From Alphaproteobacteria bacterium (GTDB lineage Bacteria > Pseudomonadota > Alphaproteobacteria > GCA-2731375), in contig CBDDBZ010000027.1 of the NCBI GenBank assembly GCA_965225945.1, positions 1 through 64,000 on the forward strand: DNA of 64,000 nt. The letters are read 5' to 3'. Below are positions 53,234 to 64,000 of this stretch, piece by piece (position 1 is the first letter of the stretch; each line of letters begins with the position of its first letter). A model generated the notes under the pieces. The model was not told where the DNA came from and searched no databases. It was given only the letters and a program-made list of their open reading frames with translations. A program made the translations under genes and the position numbers.

Positions 53234-54722
53234 TCAAAGTGCGGCCCCGATGGCGAGGCCGAAACCCCGCCCGTCGGAGGCAAAGCGGCAGGTCTCGGCC
53301 GAGCGTATCAGGCCGCCCGGACACCAGATCGCCTGTACCCGGCCCAACGCCTTGGCCGGCTTGGCGCCGCTCGCCGGCTGAATGCCTTGGCGCGGCTCCT
53401 GGTAAATCTCGCCCCGGGCGCCATGGCGCATGACGCGGGAGGCCGCCATCGCCCGGTCCAGCGGCGAGACCGCCTCCAGCAGATCGAGCGCGACCTGGGC
53501 CACGGCGCCGGACGCGGCCGGACCGGCCGCGTCCGGCGCCAGATAACCTTGAGCGATATTATGGTTGACCACGATCATCGGCGTCAGGCGCGCCGCATCC
53601 CAGCCCGTCGTCGGCGCCAGGATGACGCCCGCCGCCCGGGCCACCCTGCCGGCGCCGAACGCCCGGCCCATGGTGAAGACGCAGGCCACGATCGAGCCCT
53701 CGGGATCGCCCGCGACGACGGCCGCCTCTCCACTGTCTTCCGGCCGGGTGGAGCCGCTCTTCCGGCCGGGTGGAGCCGCGCCCAGTGCCATATCCGGCGG
53801 CGATCGCCGCCACCCGGGCATCGGGCGAGGCGCGCGCCGCCTCGGGGCGGAGCGAGACGACGATATCGTGAAGCGCGCCGAGCCCGGCCGGCTCCGCCGC
53901 CATGAAGTGGCCTATTTCGTCGCCGAACTCGAGCCGTCGCGTTTCTCGCCAGTTGGCGCGGTAGGCGCGGAGATCGGCGATCGTCACCTTGCCGCCGGCC
54001 GCGCTGGCCCCCTCGACGAAGCTGCGTCCCGCGGCGCCGCCATGCAGGTCGCCGGCGCCCTTCACGCGGATCTGGCTAAGCACGCTGGCGAGCTCCACCC
54101 GGGTCCAGGGATCGCCCTCGCCGATCATGCCCCGCCCATCGGTCCCGAACAGCTCGCGCAGCTCGGCCTCGCGCAAGACCCGACGCCCGCCCGCCCGGAG
54201 CCTGCGCGCGAAGGCCCGCGAGACATTGTGGCCGAAGCGCGCCATACGTTCCGCCGGCGCCACCAAGGCGCTCCAGCCGAGGCGGCCGTAGCGGGCATGC
54301 AGCGCCGCCAGCCCGCGAACCGCGCCGGGCACCGCGATTGCGCCGCCCGCCGAGGGCGAGCGCGGCAGGAACTCGATTCCCTGGGCCTCGTTTGCCGCCG
54401 AATCGTAAACCACGCAGGCGCCCCCACCACCGATGCCGGCGGCCACCGGATAGGTCACGGTCATGGTGAAGAAGGCAGCGATCACCGCGTCCGTCGCGGT
54501 GCCACCGGCGGAGAGCACGTCCCGGGCCACCACCGCCGCATGCGGCTCCTCCGCCGCGACGCCGCCGATGAAGCCTTCCACCGCGCCGATCTCTCCCACC
54601 GGTGGGCGTTTGTCACACGCGCCGAGCAGTATCGTGATCGCCAACCCCAAGACGATCCATTGACCTCTCCGACGGGCGCTCCCATGTTGACGGGAAGGGT
54701 CTGGAGATGGACGCTTGCTCAT
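53234..54722 (-). pseudogene. Gamma-glutamyltransferase-like lipoprotein, frameshifted by a 22-bp tandem duplication
   Basis: GGTATDAVIA, GIGGGG, AVPGAVRG; duplicated unit 53736-53757/53758-53779; removing one unit joins the two ORFs; start codon uncertain. Confidence 0.8.
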
Positions 54723-56076
54723 CACACTCCGAAGTCTCGTAATCGTTTCGACACTCGCTCTGGCCGTGATCGCGAGCACCGCCGAGGCCAGGAAGATGTC
54801 GCTCATCCGTGATGAGGAGGTGGAATCTACCATTCGCGCCTACGCGACGCCAATCTTTCAGGCGGCGGGGCTCGAAGCTTCCCAGGTCCGCATTCACATC
54901 GTGCAAGACAGCTCTCTCAACGCCTTCGTCGCCGGCGGGCAGCGGATCTTCTTCCACACCGGCCTGCTGCTGGGAGCCGAAACGCCCAACCAGTTGATCG
55001 GCATCATCGCGCATGAAACCGGCCACATAGCCGGTGGCCACCTGGCCCGCACGCACGAGGCGCTGCGCGACGCGACGGCCGCCACGATCATCGCCGTCGT
55101 GCTGGGCGGCGTGGCGGCGGCGGCCGGTGGCGGGGCCGCCGCCGGCGCGATCATCATCGGCAGCGGCGCCGCCGGGCAAAGCGTCTTCCTCCGCTACACC
55201 CGGACACAGGAAGCGGCCGCGGACCAAGCCGCGATCAAGCTGCTGGAGCAAACCGGCCAGTCGAGCCTCGGCCTGTTGCAATTCATCGAGAAACTGGGCG
55301 ATCAGGAACTGCTGGTGGCGGCGAGCCAGGATCCCTATGTCCGAAGCCACCCCTTGAGCCAGGACCGGGCGCAATCGCTCCGCACCCACGTCTCGCGCTC
55401 CAAGCTGACTGGTCGCCTCGACCGGCCCGCTTACGTGGCGATGCATGCCCGCATGCGGGCGAAGCTCTATGCCTTTCTCGAAAGCTACGCGATTACGCTC
55501 AGGCGCTATCCCGAGCGCGATAGCAGCCTGCCAGCCCGCTACGCCCGGGCCATCGTGACCCATCGCCACAAAAATTCGGAGCGCGCGGTCGAGCTCACCG
55601 ACGAGCTGATCCGCGAGCATCCTAACGATCCATACTTTTGGGAATTGAAGGGCCAGATCCTGGTCGAGTCCGGGCGGGTGGTCGAAGGCATGACGGCCTA
55701 CGAAGAGGCGGTCAGGTTGCGTCCCGACAGCACCTTGCTTCGCGTCGGCTTGGCCCAGGCACAGGTCGAATCCCAGGAACCCGCGGCGGCCCGCGCGGCG
55801 ATCGTCAACCTAGAACTGGCGCGCCGGCGCGAGCCGGACGATCCCTCGATCTGGCGCTGGCTCGCGGCCGCCCATGGCATGATCGGCGAGGAGCCCCGCG
55901 CCGCCCTGGCGACGGCCGAGCGCTATGCGCTGTTGAACCGCTGGCGCGAGGCAGGCGGTCAGGCACGGCGCGCGCTCAAGGGCTTCTCGCCCGGCTCGCC
56001 GAGCTATCTCCGGGCCCAGGACATCGCCAACGTCGCCGCCCACAAGACCCGCCGCGACCGTGGCGGCCGGCGCTGA
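54715..56076 (+). CDS. M48 metalloprotease with TPRs (BepA/YfgC-like)
   Basis: LIRDEE, NAFVAGG, AHETGH, SHP, TPR-like C-terminus. Confidence 0.9.
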   Translation: MLITLRSLVIVSTLALAVIASTAEARKMSLIRDEEVESTIRAYATPIFQAAGLEASQVRIHIVQDSSLNAFVAGGQRIFFHTGLLLGAETPNQLIGIIAHETGHIAGGHLARTHEALRDATAATIIAVVLGGVAAAAGGGAAAGAIIIGSGAAGQSVFLRYTRTQEAAADQAAIKLLEQTGQSSLGLLQFIEKLGDQELLVAASQDPYVRSHPLSQDRAQSLRTHVSRSKLTGRLDRPAYVAMHARMRAKLYAFLESYAITLRRYPERDSSLPARYARAIVTHRHKNSERAVELTDELIREHPNDPYFWELKGQILVESGRVVEGMTAYEEAVRLRPDSTLLRVGLAQAQVESQEPAAARAAIVNLELARRREPDDPSIWRWLAAAHGMIGEEPRAALATAERYALLNRWREAGGQARRALKGFSPGSPSYLRAQDIANVAAHKTRRDRGGRR

Positions 56077-56331
56077 GCGATCGCCGAAGGTGGCTTGGCG
56101 GCCTTCGCCGCCGGCGTCGCCGCCGCCCAGCGGGAAGGCGATATTCCAGCGCTCGGCTCCGGCTGAGGGCGCCAGGGGCCACGACAAGCTCGGAGGCGGT
56201 GGCGGACCCGAAAAACGGTCGCGGCCCGCCTCCGATTTTCTCTTTCGCTTTTGAAGTGTGTCGAAGGGCGCTGCGGCTTCGCTCCCGGAGGGTGTCGAGG
56301 GGCTCTCCGGCGGCGAAATGGCCTACTCATT

Positions 56332-56373
56332 GTGTGCTCAAACGTACTCAAAGTGTGCTCAAACGTACTCAAA
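56332..56373. repeat. Exact 21-bp tandem duplication GTGTGCTCAAACGTACTCAAA
   Basis: Seen directly. Confidence 0.85.
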
Positions 56374-56684
56374 ATCGCCCGAAAATGAATGCATTTCCGT
56401 CCAAATGAGTGCTTTCGCTTCGCTCGGGGCCCGCAATGAGGTCCTACGCGGAGGGTTTCTCAGGGCGCCGCGAGGGCCGGCCTCGAGCCTCGTCGTCGGC
56501 GGGACGGCGAGTCCCTCCGACCGTGGTCCGACCTGCATCGCATGGTGGCCCCCACAGCCCACGGGATGAAGGGCGGCTCGTGGCTCTCGGTGCGTTTGGC
56601 GTGACCCGGCGTCGAGGAAACGGAAAACCGTTGCCCGAAATCCCAGGTGAAGCCACGCCTTCGACAGGTCAGCGAAAAATACGA

Positions 56685-56713
56685 TTGACGTACATCATCA
56701 ATTCTTGTAAGCT
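56685..56713 (+). promoter_or_regulatory. Sigma70-like promoter of the higB-like gene (probably leaderless mRNA)
   Basis: TTGACG-17bp-TAAGCT; ATG 8 nt downstream; no SD sequence. Confidence 0.55.
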
Positions 56714-56721
56714 GGTGGCAG

Positions 56722-57127
56722 ATGATTATCGACTATCGAGACAAAAAACAGAAGCGTTTGCAGCCGGTGAGTTCGTCAAGGCCTTTCAGGGATTCGAACA
56801 GGGCAATCGCGTGAACGCGATTGCCCTGGATTGTTCTTGTTCCCTCAGACGCCGGGCGCGCCCAATCGGGCGCTCGGGCGCTGCTCGCATGGGCTCGCGG
56901 GGCCTCAATGGCCCATTCGCGGCGGTTGACGCGGTATCAAGGCCGTGTCCCTCACTTCACGCGATTGCCCTGGGGATTCGAACAGCGGGCCGAAAGAAGG
57001 CTGGCCGTATTGGACGCGGGGGACCCTTCGAGGGCTGCGCGGCAACCTTTGAGGCCTCGGCGAGACCCTTCGAGGGCTGCGCGGCAACCGCTTTGAGGCC
57101 TCTCGGCGGCGAGCATAAAGGGGGGTC
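56722..57127 (+). pseudogene. higB: HigB/RelE-family (killer-type) toxin, disrupted
   Basis: Pieces MIIDYRDK..TEAFAAGEFVKAFQGFEQ | RAERRLAVLDA...LRGNRFEA..GGEHKG; split by a MITE and cut by IS21. Confidence 0.7.
56799..56972. mobile_element. 174-bp MITE
   Basis: 17-bp perfect TIR CAGGGCAATCGCGTGAA; 10-bp TSD GGGATTCGAA at 56789-56798 and 56973-56982. Confidence 0.85.
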
Positions 57128-57157
57128 TGTCAATCGGAATATTCCGTTGAACATTGA

Positions 57158-57564
57158 CGAGTGCCGGATTATTCACAAATAGCCTGTATCGGCGTGCGGA
57201 TTGAGGAACGTTCTTGCGTGTCGCTTCGTCTTCGCTGCGACTCAAAACGCGCAGGAGACCAGGCGCGGTTCGCAACGATTCGTGCCAGCGCGTCGCTTTC
57301 TTCGACTAGTGCCGTCAATCGCTCAGACGATGTCGTTTCATCAGCAGCTTCCCGTCTGGCCGTGGGTTTCTTCGTTTTTCCCTTGGTCGCCACCGTTCCG
57401 TCCCCCGATGTTAAGTACGTGACATGAATTAAACTCCGGTTCGGTTTTCAGAACAATCAAGAATTAGCCGGATCGCCTCCTCAATGCGCCTGCGCCGGCC
57501 CTTGCCTGCAGTCCAAGGAGACACACTACATATAGTGGGTGTGGGTGATAACCGGATAGGCAAG
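57158..57564 (-). mobile_element. 755-bp cassette, copy 3 (one intact end, other side scrambled), inside the IS21 terminal repeat
   Basis: Intact TIR ends at 57564, followed by GAACATTG of the IS21 end; 57137-57270 is a mosaic of cassette and IS21-end fragments. Confidence 0.8.
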
Positions 57565-57753
57565 GAACATTGACCCCCTATCGGCGTGCAATGTTGACCC
57601 CTTTGGGGATGCACGGCGGAGGTCGTACAGGTAGTCCATAGGAGGGGCCCGCGCGCGGGCCGACGCGCCCACCACGCGGCTGGCGGCGGACCGCGCGTGG
57701 GAGGTTCCTGTGGGCCCACCTGGGCGACCGGGCGGCAGGTGGATCGGTTGCCT

Positions 57754-58482
57754 TTAGGACCGATTCTTGAAGCGCCAGGAGTCGTTTCCGGTCTCGATGA
57801 TCTCGCAGTGGTGCGTCAGACGATCGAGGAGCGCGGTGGTCATCTTGGCGTCGCCGAAGACGGACGGCCATTCGCCGAAGGTCAGGTTGGTGGTGACGAT
57901 GATCGAGGTGCGCTCGTAGAGCCGGCTGACGAGGTGGAACAGCAGCTGGCCTCCGGTTTGGGCGAAGGGCAGGTAGCCGAGCTCGTCGAGGATGACGAGG
58001 TCGCGCCGGGCCAGCTGATCGGCGAGCCGGCCCTGGCGGCCGGCGCGGGCTTCGGCCTCGAGCCGGTTGACCAGGTCGACGACGTTGAAGAAGCGGCCCC
58101 GGGCGCCATCGCGGATGCAGGCCCGCGCGATGGCGACGGCGAGATGGCTCTTGCCGGTGCCGGTGCCGCCGATCAGCACGGCGTTGCGCTGGTTGGCCAG
58201 GAAGCCGCCGACCGCCAACTCGCGGACCAGCGGCTCGTTGACCGGGGTGTCGGTGAAGTCGAAGTCGGCCAGCTCCTTGGCCAGCGGCAGCTTGGCGCCA
58301 CTCATCTGGTACTTGATGGATCGCGCCTGCTTGTCGGCGATCTCGGCCTTCAACAGCTCGCCGATGATTCGCTGCATCGGATGCTGGCGCTTGAGGCCGT
58401 CGGCGAGCACCTCGTCGAACGCGTCGCGCATGCCGGCGAGCTTGAGTGCGGCCATCATCTCCAGGACCTCATGGCGCTCCAT
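57754..58482 (-). CDS. istB: IS21 helper ATPase (identical to 15175-15903)
   Basis: Identical translation. Confidence 0.95.
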   Translation of the reverse strand: MERHEVLEMMAALKLAGMRDAFDEVLADGLKRQHPMQRIIGELLKAEIADKQARSIKYQMSGAKLPLAKELADFDFTDTPVNEPLVRELAVGGFLANQRNAVLIGGTGTGKSHLAVAIARACIRDGARGRFFNVVDLVNRLEAEARAGRQGRLADQLARRDLVILDELGYLPFAQTGGQLLFHLVSRLYERTSIIVTTNLTFGEWPSVFGDAKMTTALLDRLTHHCEIIETGNDSWRFKNRS

Positions 58483-59397
58483 GGCCGACCCCCCTCAAGC
58501 GGTCGTAGCGGGTGCAATCGGCCACCGGCTCAAAGCGAAGACGCAGGTTCGCGGGCGTCGGGATCGGCGCCGTCTCGGACGGCTGGCGCCGACGATTGAG
58601 GATGTTGAGCACGACGTCGGCGCTGCACACGCCGCCAGCGAGCGCCTCGGCACAGGCGGCCTCCACCGCCGCCAGCCCATCCGCCAGCACGGCGGTGAGG
58701 ATCTCGACCATCTGCCTGTCGCCGTCGTCGTGGCCGGCGAGCCGGACGCGCACGCGACCCAGGGCGCCGGGCAGCGCCCAGTCCTTGAACGGCGCGCCGT
58801 TACGAAGCGCACCGGGCTTCCTCGCCAGCACGGGCACGTAGTGCCACGGGTCATAGACGGTCTGGTCGCGGCCGAAGCGCCGGGCATGCTCGGCGACGAT
58901 CTCGCCGTCCTGGCGGATGACGATGCGATCGGCGTAGGCATGGACCTCGACCGGACGGCCGACGGCGCGCGCCGCCACGCTGTACTTGTTGCTGTCTGTC
59001 GGTGGCGATGAAAAACCGCGCTTAGATGGTGATTTCAGCGACATCGGGCATCGTGGCGCTGTAGCTGCGTGGTTTGCAGGCGGGAGTTGGCTCGGCGCAG
59101 CGGTGGGTAAGTAGCCCGCCGCGGCGACCGCCAAGAGTCTGGCGGCGGCGGGCTGCTTATCCACCGCGGGCGGGCGTCTCGATTCCTGTTTTGGCTGGCT
59201 GGCGGCGGCGGTTCCGCGGACCTGACAAGGGGAGCCGCGGGAGTACACTCGGGCCGCTGAGAACGATGCGGCGCCGGCCCCGTTTGCTTGCTGGCAACGA
59301 CCGGCACCGCACCCCCCGAGCCATGCAAGGCACGACCCATATGCGCAGTATCGTGCGGGTTTGGGCGTGGGTCCACCCCGTTCTCATCGGCTGCGCG

Positions 59398-59838
59398 ATG
59401 AAGAACACCGCCCGCCTGTTCAACTGCGCCTCGTGCCATCAACAGGTGGTTCTCTGCCGGCACTGCGACCACGGCAACATCTACTGTTCACGGAGCTGCA
59501 GCGATCGGGTGCGCCGGCGATCGCAGCGCCATGCCGGGCAGCGCTACCAGAACAGCCGGCGGGGCCGTCACAAGCATGCTGAGCGCCAGCGGCGCTATCG
59601 CGAACGCCGGCGGCGCCGGACGCCGGTGAATCGGCGCCGCGGGCAGGAAGTGACGCATCACCCTTTGACCGCCGCGCGGCGGCGTCCTGTTGTGGTGCGG
59701 ACGCCGGCAGGGCGTCCCGGAACACGGCCCTTCGGGCACGAGCGGCCCGCCAGGGTCTTCCGCTGCGATCGCTGCGGCCGGTTCTGCGGGCAGGCGGTCT
59801 ATCCGGGGCTGCGCCCGACGGGAAAGGGGGTGAGATGA
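59398..59838 (+). CDS. Cys-rich, Arg-rich putative Zn-finger accessory protein
   Basis: CASC..CRHC..YCSRSC and C-terminal CDRC; stop overlaps the istA start (ATGA). Confidence 0.7.
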   Translation: MKNTARLFNCASCHQQVVLCRHCDHGNIYCSRSCSDRVRRRSQRHAGQRYQNSRRGRHKHAERQRRYRERRRRRTPVNRRRGQEVTHHPLTAARRRPVVVRTPAGRPGTRPFGHERPARVFRCDRCGRFCGQAVYPGLRPTGKGVR

Positions 59839-61340
59839 CCATCGACAAGGAGACCCGCGCGGAGATCCTGCGCCTGTATCACGTCGAGAAGTGGACGGTC
59901 GGCACGATCACACGCCAGCTCGGCGTGCATCGCTACACCGTCGAGCGCCTCCTCACCGCGGCCGGCGAGCCCCGGGACGCGAGGTCGCCCAGGCCGTCGA
60001 TGATCGATCCATACGTGCCGTTCATCGCCGAGACGCTGGCATCCTGGCCGACGCTGCCCGCCAGCCGGCTCTACCAGATGGTGCGCGAACGCGGCTATCC
60101 GGGCGGCGGCGACCACTTCCGTCATCTGCTCAGCCACTTCAGGCCCAGGCCCGTGGCCGAGGCCTATCTGCGCCTCAAGACCCTTCCCGGCGAGCAGGCC
60201 CAGGTCGACTGGGGACACTTCGGCAAGGTGACGATCGGCCGCGCGGAGCGCCGCCTGATGGGCTTCGTGATGGTTCTCAGCTACTCGCGGCGGATCTTCC
60301 TGCGCTTCTACCTCGACGCCGGGATGAGCAACTTCCTGCGCGGCCATGTCGAAGCCTTCGAGGCGTGGCAGGGCGTGCCCCGCGAGCTCTGGTACGACAA
60401 CCTGAAGAGCGTCGTGCTGGAGCGCCGCGGCGCCGCCATCCGGTTCAATCCCCGGATCCTCGACCTCGCCGGCCACTACCACTTCCTGCCCAAGCCCGTC
60501 GCGGTCGCGCGCGGCAACGAGAAGGGGCGCGTGGAGCGGGCGATTCGCTATGTCCGGACCAGCTTCTTCGCCGCCCGCCGGTGGCGCGATATCGACGATC
60601 TCAACGCCCAGGCCCTGGCCTGGTGCCACGGCATCGCCGCCGACCGCCCCTGGCCCGAAGACCGCTCGATCACCGTGCGCGAGGCCTTCGAGCGGGAACG
60701 CGGCTCTCTCATCGCGCTGCCCGGCGATCCCTTCCCCGACCACGACCGGGTCGAGGTCGCCATCGGCAAGACCCCCTACGCCCGCTTCGATCTCAACGAT
60801 TACAGCGTGCCGCACACCCATGTGCGGCGCACCCTCGTCGTGGTCGCGACGCTCGACGAGGTGCGCATCCTCGACGGTGTGGACGTCATCGCCAGCCATC
60901 CGCGCAGCTTCGACAAGGCGGCCCGCATCGAGAACCCCGAGCACATCGCCGAGCTGGTCAGGCGCAAGAGCCATGCCCGCCGCCTTCGCGGCCAGGACCG
61001 GCTGGTCCAGGCCGCGCCCAACAGCGAGCGCCTGCTCGCCGAGGCCGCCCAGCGCGGCGGCTATATAGGCGCCACCGTCGCCGCCCTGTTGCGCCTCCTC
61101 GACGCCTACGGCGCCGCCGAGCTCGAGGCGGCCATCGACGAGGCCCTGAAGCGGGACGTTCCCCATCCCAACGCCGTGCGCCTGAGCCTGACCCGGCGGC
61201 GCGAGCTGCGGCACCAACCCCCGCCCATCCCCGTCGAACTGCCCGGCGATCCGAGAGTGCGCGACATCACTGTCCGCGATCACGACCTCGTCGGATACGA
61301 CGGGCTGGCCGGCGAACCCGAGGAGGACAGCGAGCAATGA
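59835..61340 (+). CDS. istA: IS21 transposase (type B)
   Basis: QVDWG, WYDNLKS, EKGRVER. Confidence 0.93.
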   Translation: MTIDKETRAEILRLYHVEKWTVGTITRQLGVHRYTVERLLTAAGEPRDARSPRPSMIDPYVPFIAETLASWPTLPASRLYQMVRERGYPGGGDHFRHLLSHFRPRPVAEAYLRLKTLPGEQAQVDWGHFGKVTIGRAERRLMGFVMVLSYSRRIFLRFYLDAGMSNFLRGHVEAFEAWQGVPRELWYDNLKSVVLERRGAAIRFNPRILDLAGHYHFLPKPVAVARGNEKGRVERAIRYVRTSFFAARRWRDIDDLNAQALAWCHGIAADRPWPEDRSITVREAFERERGSLIALPGDPFPDHDRVEVAIGKTPYARFDLNDYSVPHTHVRRTLVVVATLDEVRILDGVDVIASHPRSFDKAARIENPEHIAELVRRKSHARRLRGQDRLVQAAPNSERLLAEAAQRGGYIGATVAALLRLLDAYGAAELEAAIDEALKRDVPHPNAVRLSLTRRRELRHQPPPIPVELPGDPRVRDITVRDHDLVGYDGLAGEPEEDSEQ

Positions 61341-62125
61341 ACGATACCCTCATGGGCCGTGCCCGGGCGCTCGGCCTGCACGGCCTCGCCGCCCACTGGG
61401 GCGAGGTCGCCGGGCATGACTGGCCCGCTGCGCTGGTCGCCTGGGAAGAGGAGGAACGGCGAAGCCGCAGCCTCAAGCGCCGCCTCGGCGACGCCCGCCT
61501 CGGACAGTTCAAGCCGCTCGCCGACTTCGACTGGGCATGGCCGCGCCGCTGCGACCGCATGGCCGTCGAGGATCTCATGAGCCTCGAGTTCCTCAACGAG
61601 GCCGCCAACGTCGTCCTGGTCGGCCCAAACGGCGTCGGCAAGTCGACCATCGCCGCCAATATCGCCCACCGCGCCGTCCTCGAGGGCCACACCGTGCGCT
61701 TCGCCACCGCGGCCAGCATGCTCGGCGAGCTCGCCGCCCTCGACAGCGACACCCTGCTTCAGCGCAGGCTGCGCTTCTACGCCCGCCAGCACCTGCTGGT
61801 GATCGACGAGGTCGGATACCTGTCCTACAGCAACCGCCATGCCGATCTGCTGTTCAACATCGTCTCCAGCCGCAGCCAGCAGAACTCCACCATAATCACC
61901 ACCAACCGGCCCTTCGCCGAGTGGGGTGAGGCCTTCCCCAACGCCGCCTGCCTCGTCGCCCTGGTCGACCGCCTCGTCCACAACGCCGAGATCATCGCCA
62001 TCGACGCCGAGTCCTGGCGCCGCAAGGAGGCCGAGGAACGCCAGAAGCAGCGCAGCGCCGAGCGCCGCCGGCGGCGAGCCGGCAAGGCCGGCGCGCAGGA
62101 CCGCGGGGAACCGCCGCCGGCGTAG
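61337..62125 (+). CDS. istB: IS21 helper ATPase (type B)
   Basis: [23 protein letters not shown]. Confidence 0.93.
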   Translation: MNDTLMGRARALGLHGLAAHWGEVAGHDWPAALVAWEEEERRSRSLKRRLGDARLGQFKPLADFDWAWPRRCDRMAVEDLMSLEFLNEAANVVLVGPNGVGKSTIAANIAHRAVLEGHTVRFATAASMLGELAALDSDTLLQRRLRFYARQHLLVIDEVGYLSYSNRHADLLFNIVSSRSQQNSTIITTNRPFAEWGEAFPNAACLVALVDRLVHNAEIIAIDAESWRRKEAEERQKQRSAERRRRRAGKAGAQDRGEPPPA

Positions 62126-62127
62126 CC

Positions 62128-63330
62128 ATGGATGGTCCCCGCCTCTGGGACCGGCGGGTGCGGGCCGATTTTCCTGAGGCCCTGCGAGGCTATCCCCTCG
62201 AAGACGTCGTCCGCCGCCTTCGGCTACCGCCGCAATCCCACCGATGCCGCGCGCTGGAGGCGTCCCGGACTCAAAACGCGCAGGAGACTAACAGGCGCGG
62301 ACGGGTTCTTCGCAACGATTCGTGCCAGCGCGTCGCTTTCTTCGACTAGTGCCGTCAATCGCTCAGACGATGTCGTTTCATCAGCAGCTTCCCGTCTGGC
62401 CGTGGGTTTCTTCGTTCCCTTGGTCGCCACCGTTCCGTCCCCCGATGTTAAGTACGTGACGTGAATTAAACTCCGGTTCGGTTTTCAGAACAATCAAGAA
62501 TTAGCCGGATCGCCTCCTCAATGCGCCTGCGCCGGCCCTTGCCTGCAGTCCAAGGAGACACACTACATATAGTGGGTGTGGGTGATAACCGGATAGGCAA
62601 GCTACGAACATCTGCGCGGCGAGGGCGGGGGCGGAGCGATCGAATCCATGCCTGCCGGTGCACCGTGCCCGAGGCCCTCGGCTTCTTCTCGGAACTGCCG
62701 TGCCGTGACCGGTTCCCGGCCGATCGCCACCCGAAGCCGCCGTGCCCGGACCGCCACTGGCCCGCCATCCAGAGCTACCTCGTCGAGCAGCGCGGCCTCG
62801 CGGATGTGCTCGTCGCCCTGTGCCGCGACCTCGGCTTGCTCTACGCCGACCGCCACGGCAACGCCGTGTTCGTCCGCCGAAACGCGGCCGGCGAGGCTCT
62901 CGGCGCCGAGATCGTCCCTGCCGCGGCGCCACGCCGCCTCGCGCCGACCGGCGCCGCCGCGCGCGGCGGCTTCTGGATGTCGTGGGAACCCGACTGGCCG
63001 AACTCCGTCATCCTCGCCAAGAACGCAATCGACGCCCTGTCGGTCCTCTCCCTCCACCTCGTCCCGGCCGGGCGCAAGGGATGCGCCGTGGTCTCAACCG
63101 GCGGCGCCACCGCAAGCCTCCCCGAATGGATCGAGGCCTGGAACCCCGGCCGGATCTTCTGCGCCTACGACGCCACCCGCCAGGGCGATGACGCCGCGGC
63201 ACGGCTCATCCGAAACGACAGCAGGGTCGTCCGCCTGCGCCCTGCCCTCGACGGCCTGGACTGGAACGACATGCTCATGCGCGACCGCGCCGGCGAACCG
63301 CTCCAGATCGATGACCGGCCCCTCGACTGA
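62128..63330 (+). pseudogene. DUF3991/TOPRIM-like (primase-related) passenger, interrupted by cassette copy 4
   Basis: GGGGAID, YLVEQRGL, LLYADRHGNAVF, AIDALS, CAYDA...GD, DWND motifs; several frameshifts. Confidence 0.7.
62268..62601 (-). mobile_element. 755-bp cassette, copy 4 (truncated, one TIR)
   Basis: 334 bp matching copy 1 up to the TIR end; followed by CTACGAAC. Confidence 0.85.
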
Positions 63331-64000
63331 ATAGCCACAGCGCGAAACAAAATCAGCCAAGCCCAAAAGCATCCCGTCAGCCAACCGCCACCGACCGCTC
63401 AAAAAGAGCACCATATAAGCGCACCCTGGAACCACCGCTAACAGCTGTCGAAGCGCACCAGGCAGGTCTTCGACACCGACGCCGGGACCGCGTGGAAGCC
63501 GTCGAACGGCCCGCGATAGCCGACCAGGGACGGACGCTCGTCCTCGAACACCTGCCAGACAGTCCTGTCCTTGAACACCGGGTGGGGATGACGCCGGGCG
63601 TAGGCGACGCACTGGTCCAAGAGCCAGGCGTTGAGCTCGTCGTAGGTCTTGAAGCGCAGCCGCGGGGTGAAGAACCGACCGCGGATGATCCCGACCTGGT
63701 TCTCGACCTGCCCCTTCTCCCATCCCGCTCCCGGCGTGCATGCTGTCGGTTCGACCAGGTAGTGGCCACACATCTGCACGAAGCGCCGGTTGAACGCGCG
63801 CTCCTTGCCGATGAGGACGGTCTGCACCGCCGTCTTCATGTTGTCGTAGATGCCTCGCCGGCAGGCACCCTGGAACAGCCGGAATGCCCGGTCGTGGGCG
63901 TCGAACACCATCTCCTGGCTCTCGCGCGGATAAGCGCGGACGAAGAACATTCGGCTGTGGCACAGCCGGACGTGCGCGACCTTGACCTTGGTCGTCACCC

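Larger units (their letters stand above)
58997..63443 (+). mobile_element. IS21-family element type B with passenger genes (about 4.4 kb)
   Basis: TGT...ACA ends sharing GCGCTTA.ATGGTG; 6-bp TSD GCTGTC at 58991-58996 and 63444-63449. Confidence 0.9.
57128..64000 (-). mobile_element. IS21 type A, copy 2 (interrupted twice; runs off the window)
   Basis: Starts TGTCAATCGG; istB and istA segments match copy 1. Confidence 0.9.
58469..64000 (-). pseudogene. istA: istA of IS21 copy 2, split by IS21 type B
   Basis: ...CLVRFDS | [11 protein letters not shown]... on either side of the insert. Confidence 0.9.

Noticed and set aside
56332-57113. Short direct repeats as a CRISPR array
   Set aside because: Only two adjacent units each, no unique spacers, no cas genes
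62521-63330. 269-aa ORF as a second in-frame cassette fusion
   Set aside because: The likely native frame after the TIR is YEHLRGEGGGGAID; continuity of the listed ORF depends on a downstream frameshift

Overview
High-GC (roughly 65-70% by eye) bacterial DNA, probably alphaproteobacterial (inferred from gene content). The backbone carries metabolic and transport genes (RND pump, adenylate cyclase, queC, acyl-CoA ligases, pyrE, tRNA-Asn, a Mo-hydroxylase, a CoA-transferase, a bepA-like protease) and is heavily invaded by mobile DNA. I could delimit by eye, with ends and target duplications, elements of the IS256, IS21 (two types), IS630, IS4, IS1595 and IS66 families. The most notable element is a 755-bp transposase-less cassette present four times (two complete copies with 8-bp TSDs, two damaged). 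It has 43-bp terminal inverted repeats of IS1595/ISSod11 type, an NrdR-box-like palindrome in each end, a remnant of a transposase C-terminus, and a 102-aa leucine-rich-variant/HEAT-like passenger gene. The right end of the window is a nested pile-up inside a higB-like toxin gene: a 174-bp MITE, then an IS21, which holds the cassette and a larger IS21 with Zn-finger and DUF3991/TOPRIM-like passengers, which holds the cassette again. A ~50-bp intergenic repeat family and several exact tandem duplications also occur. Some junctions look like long-read consensus artefacts. All family assignments come from motif recognition; no database searches were run.
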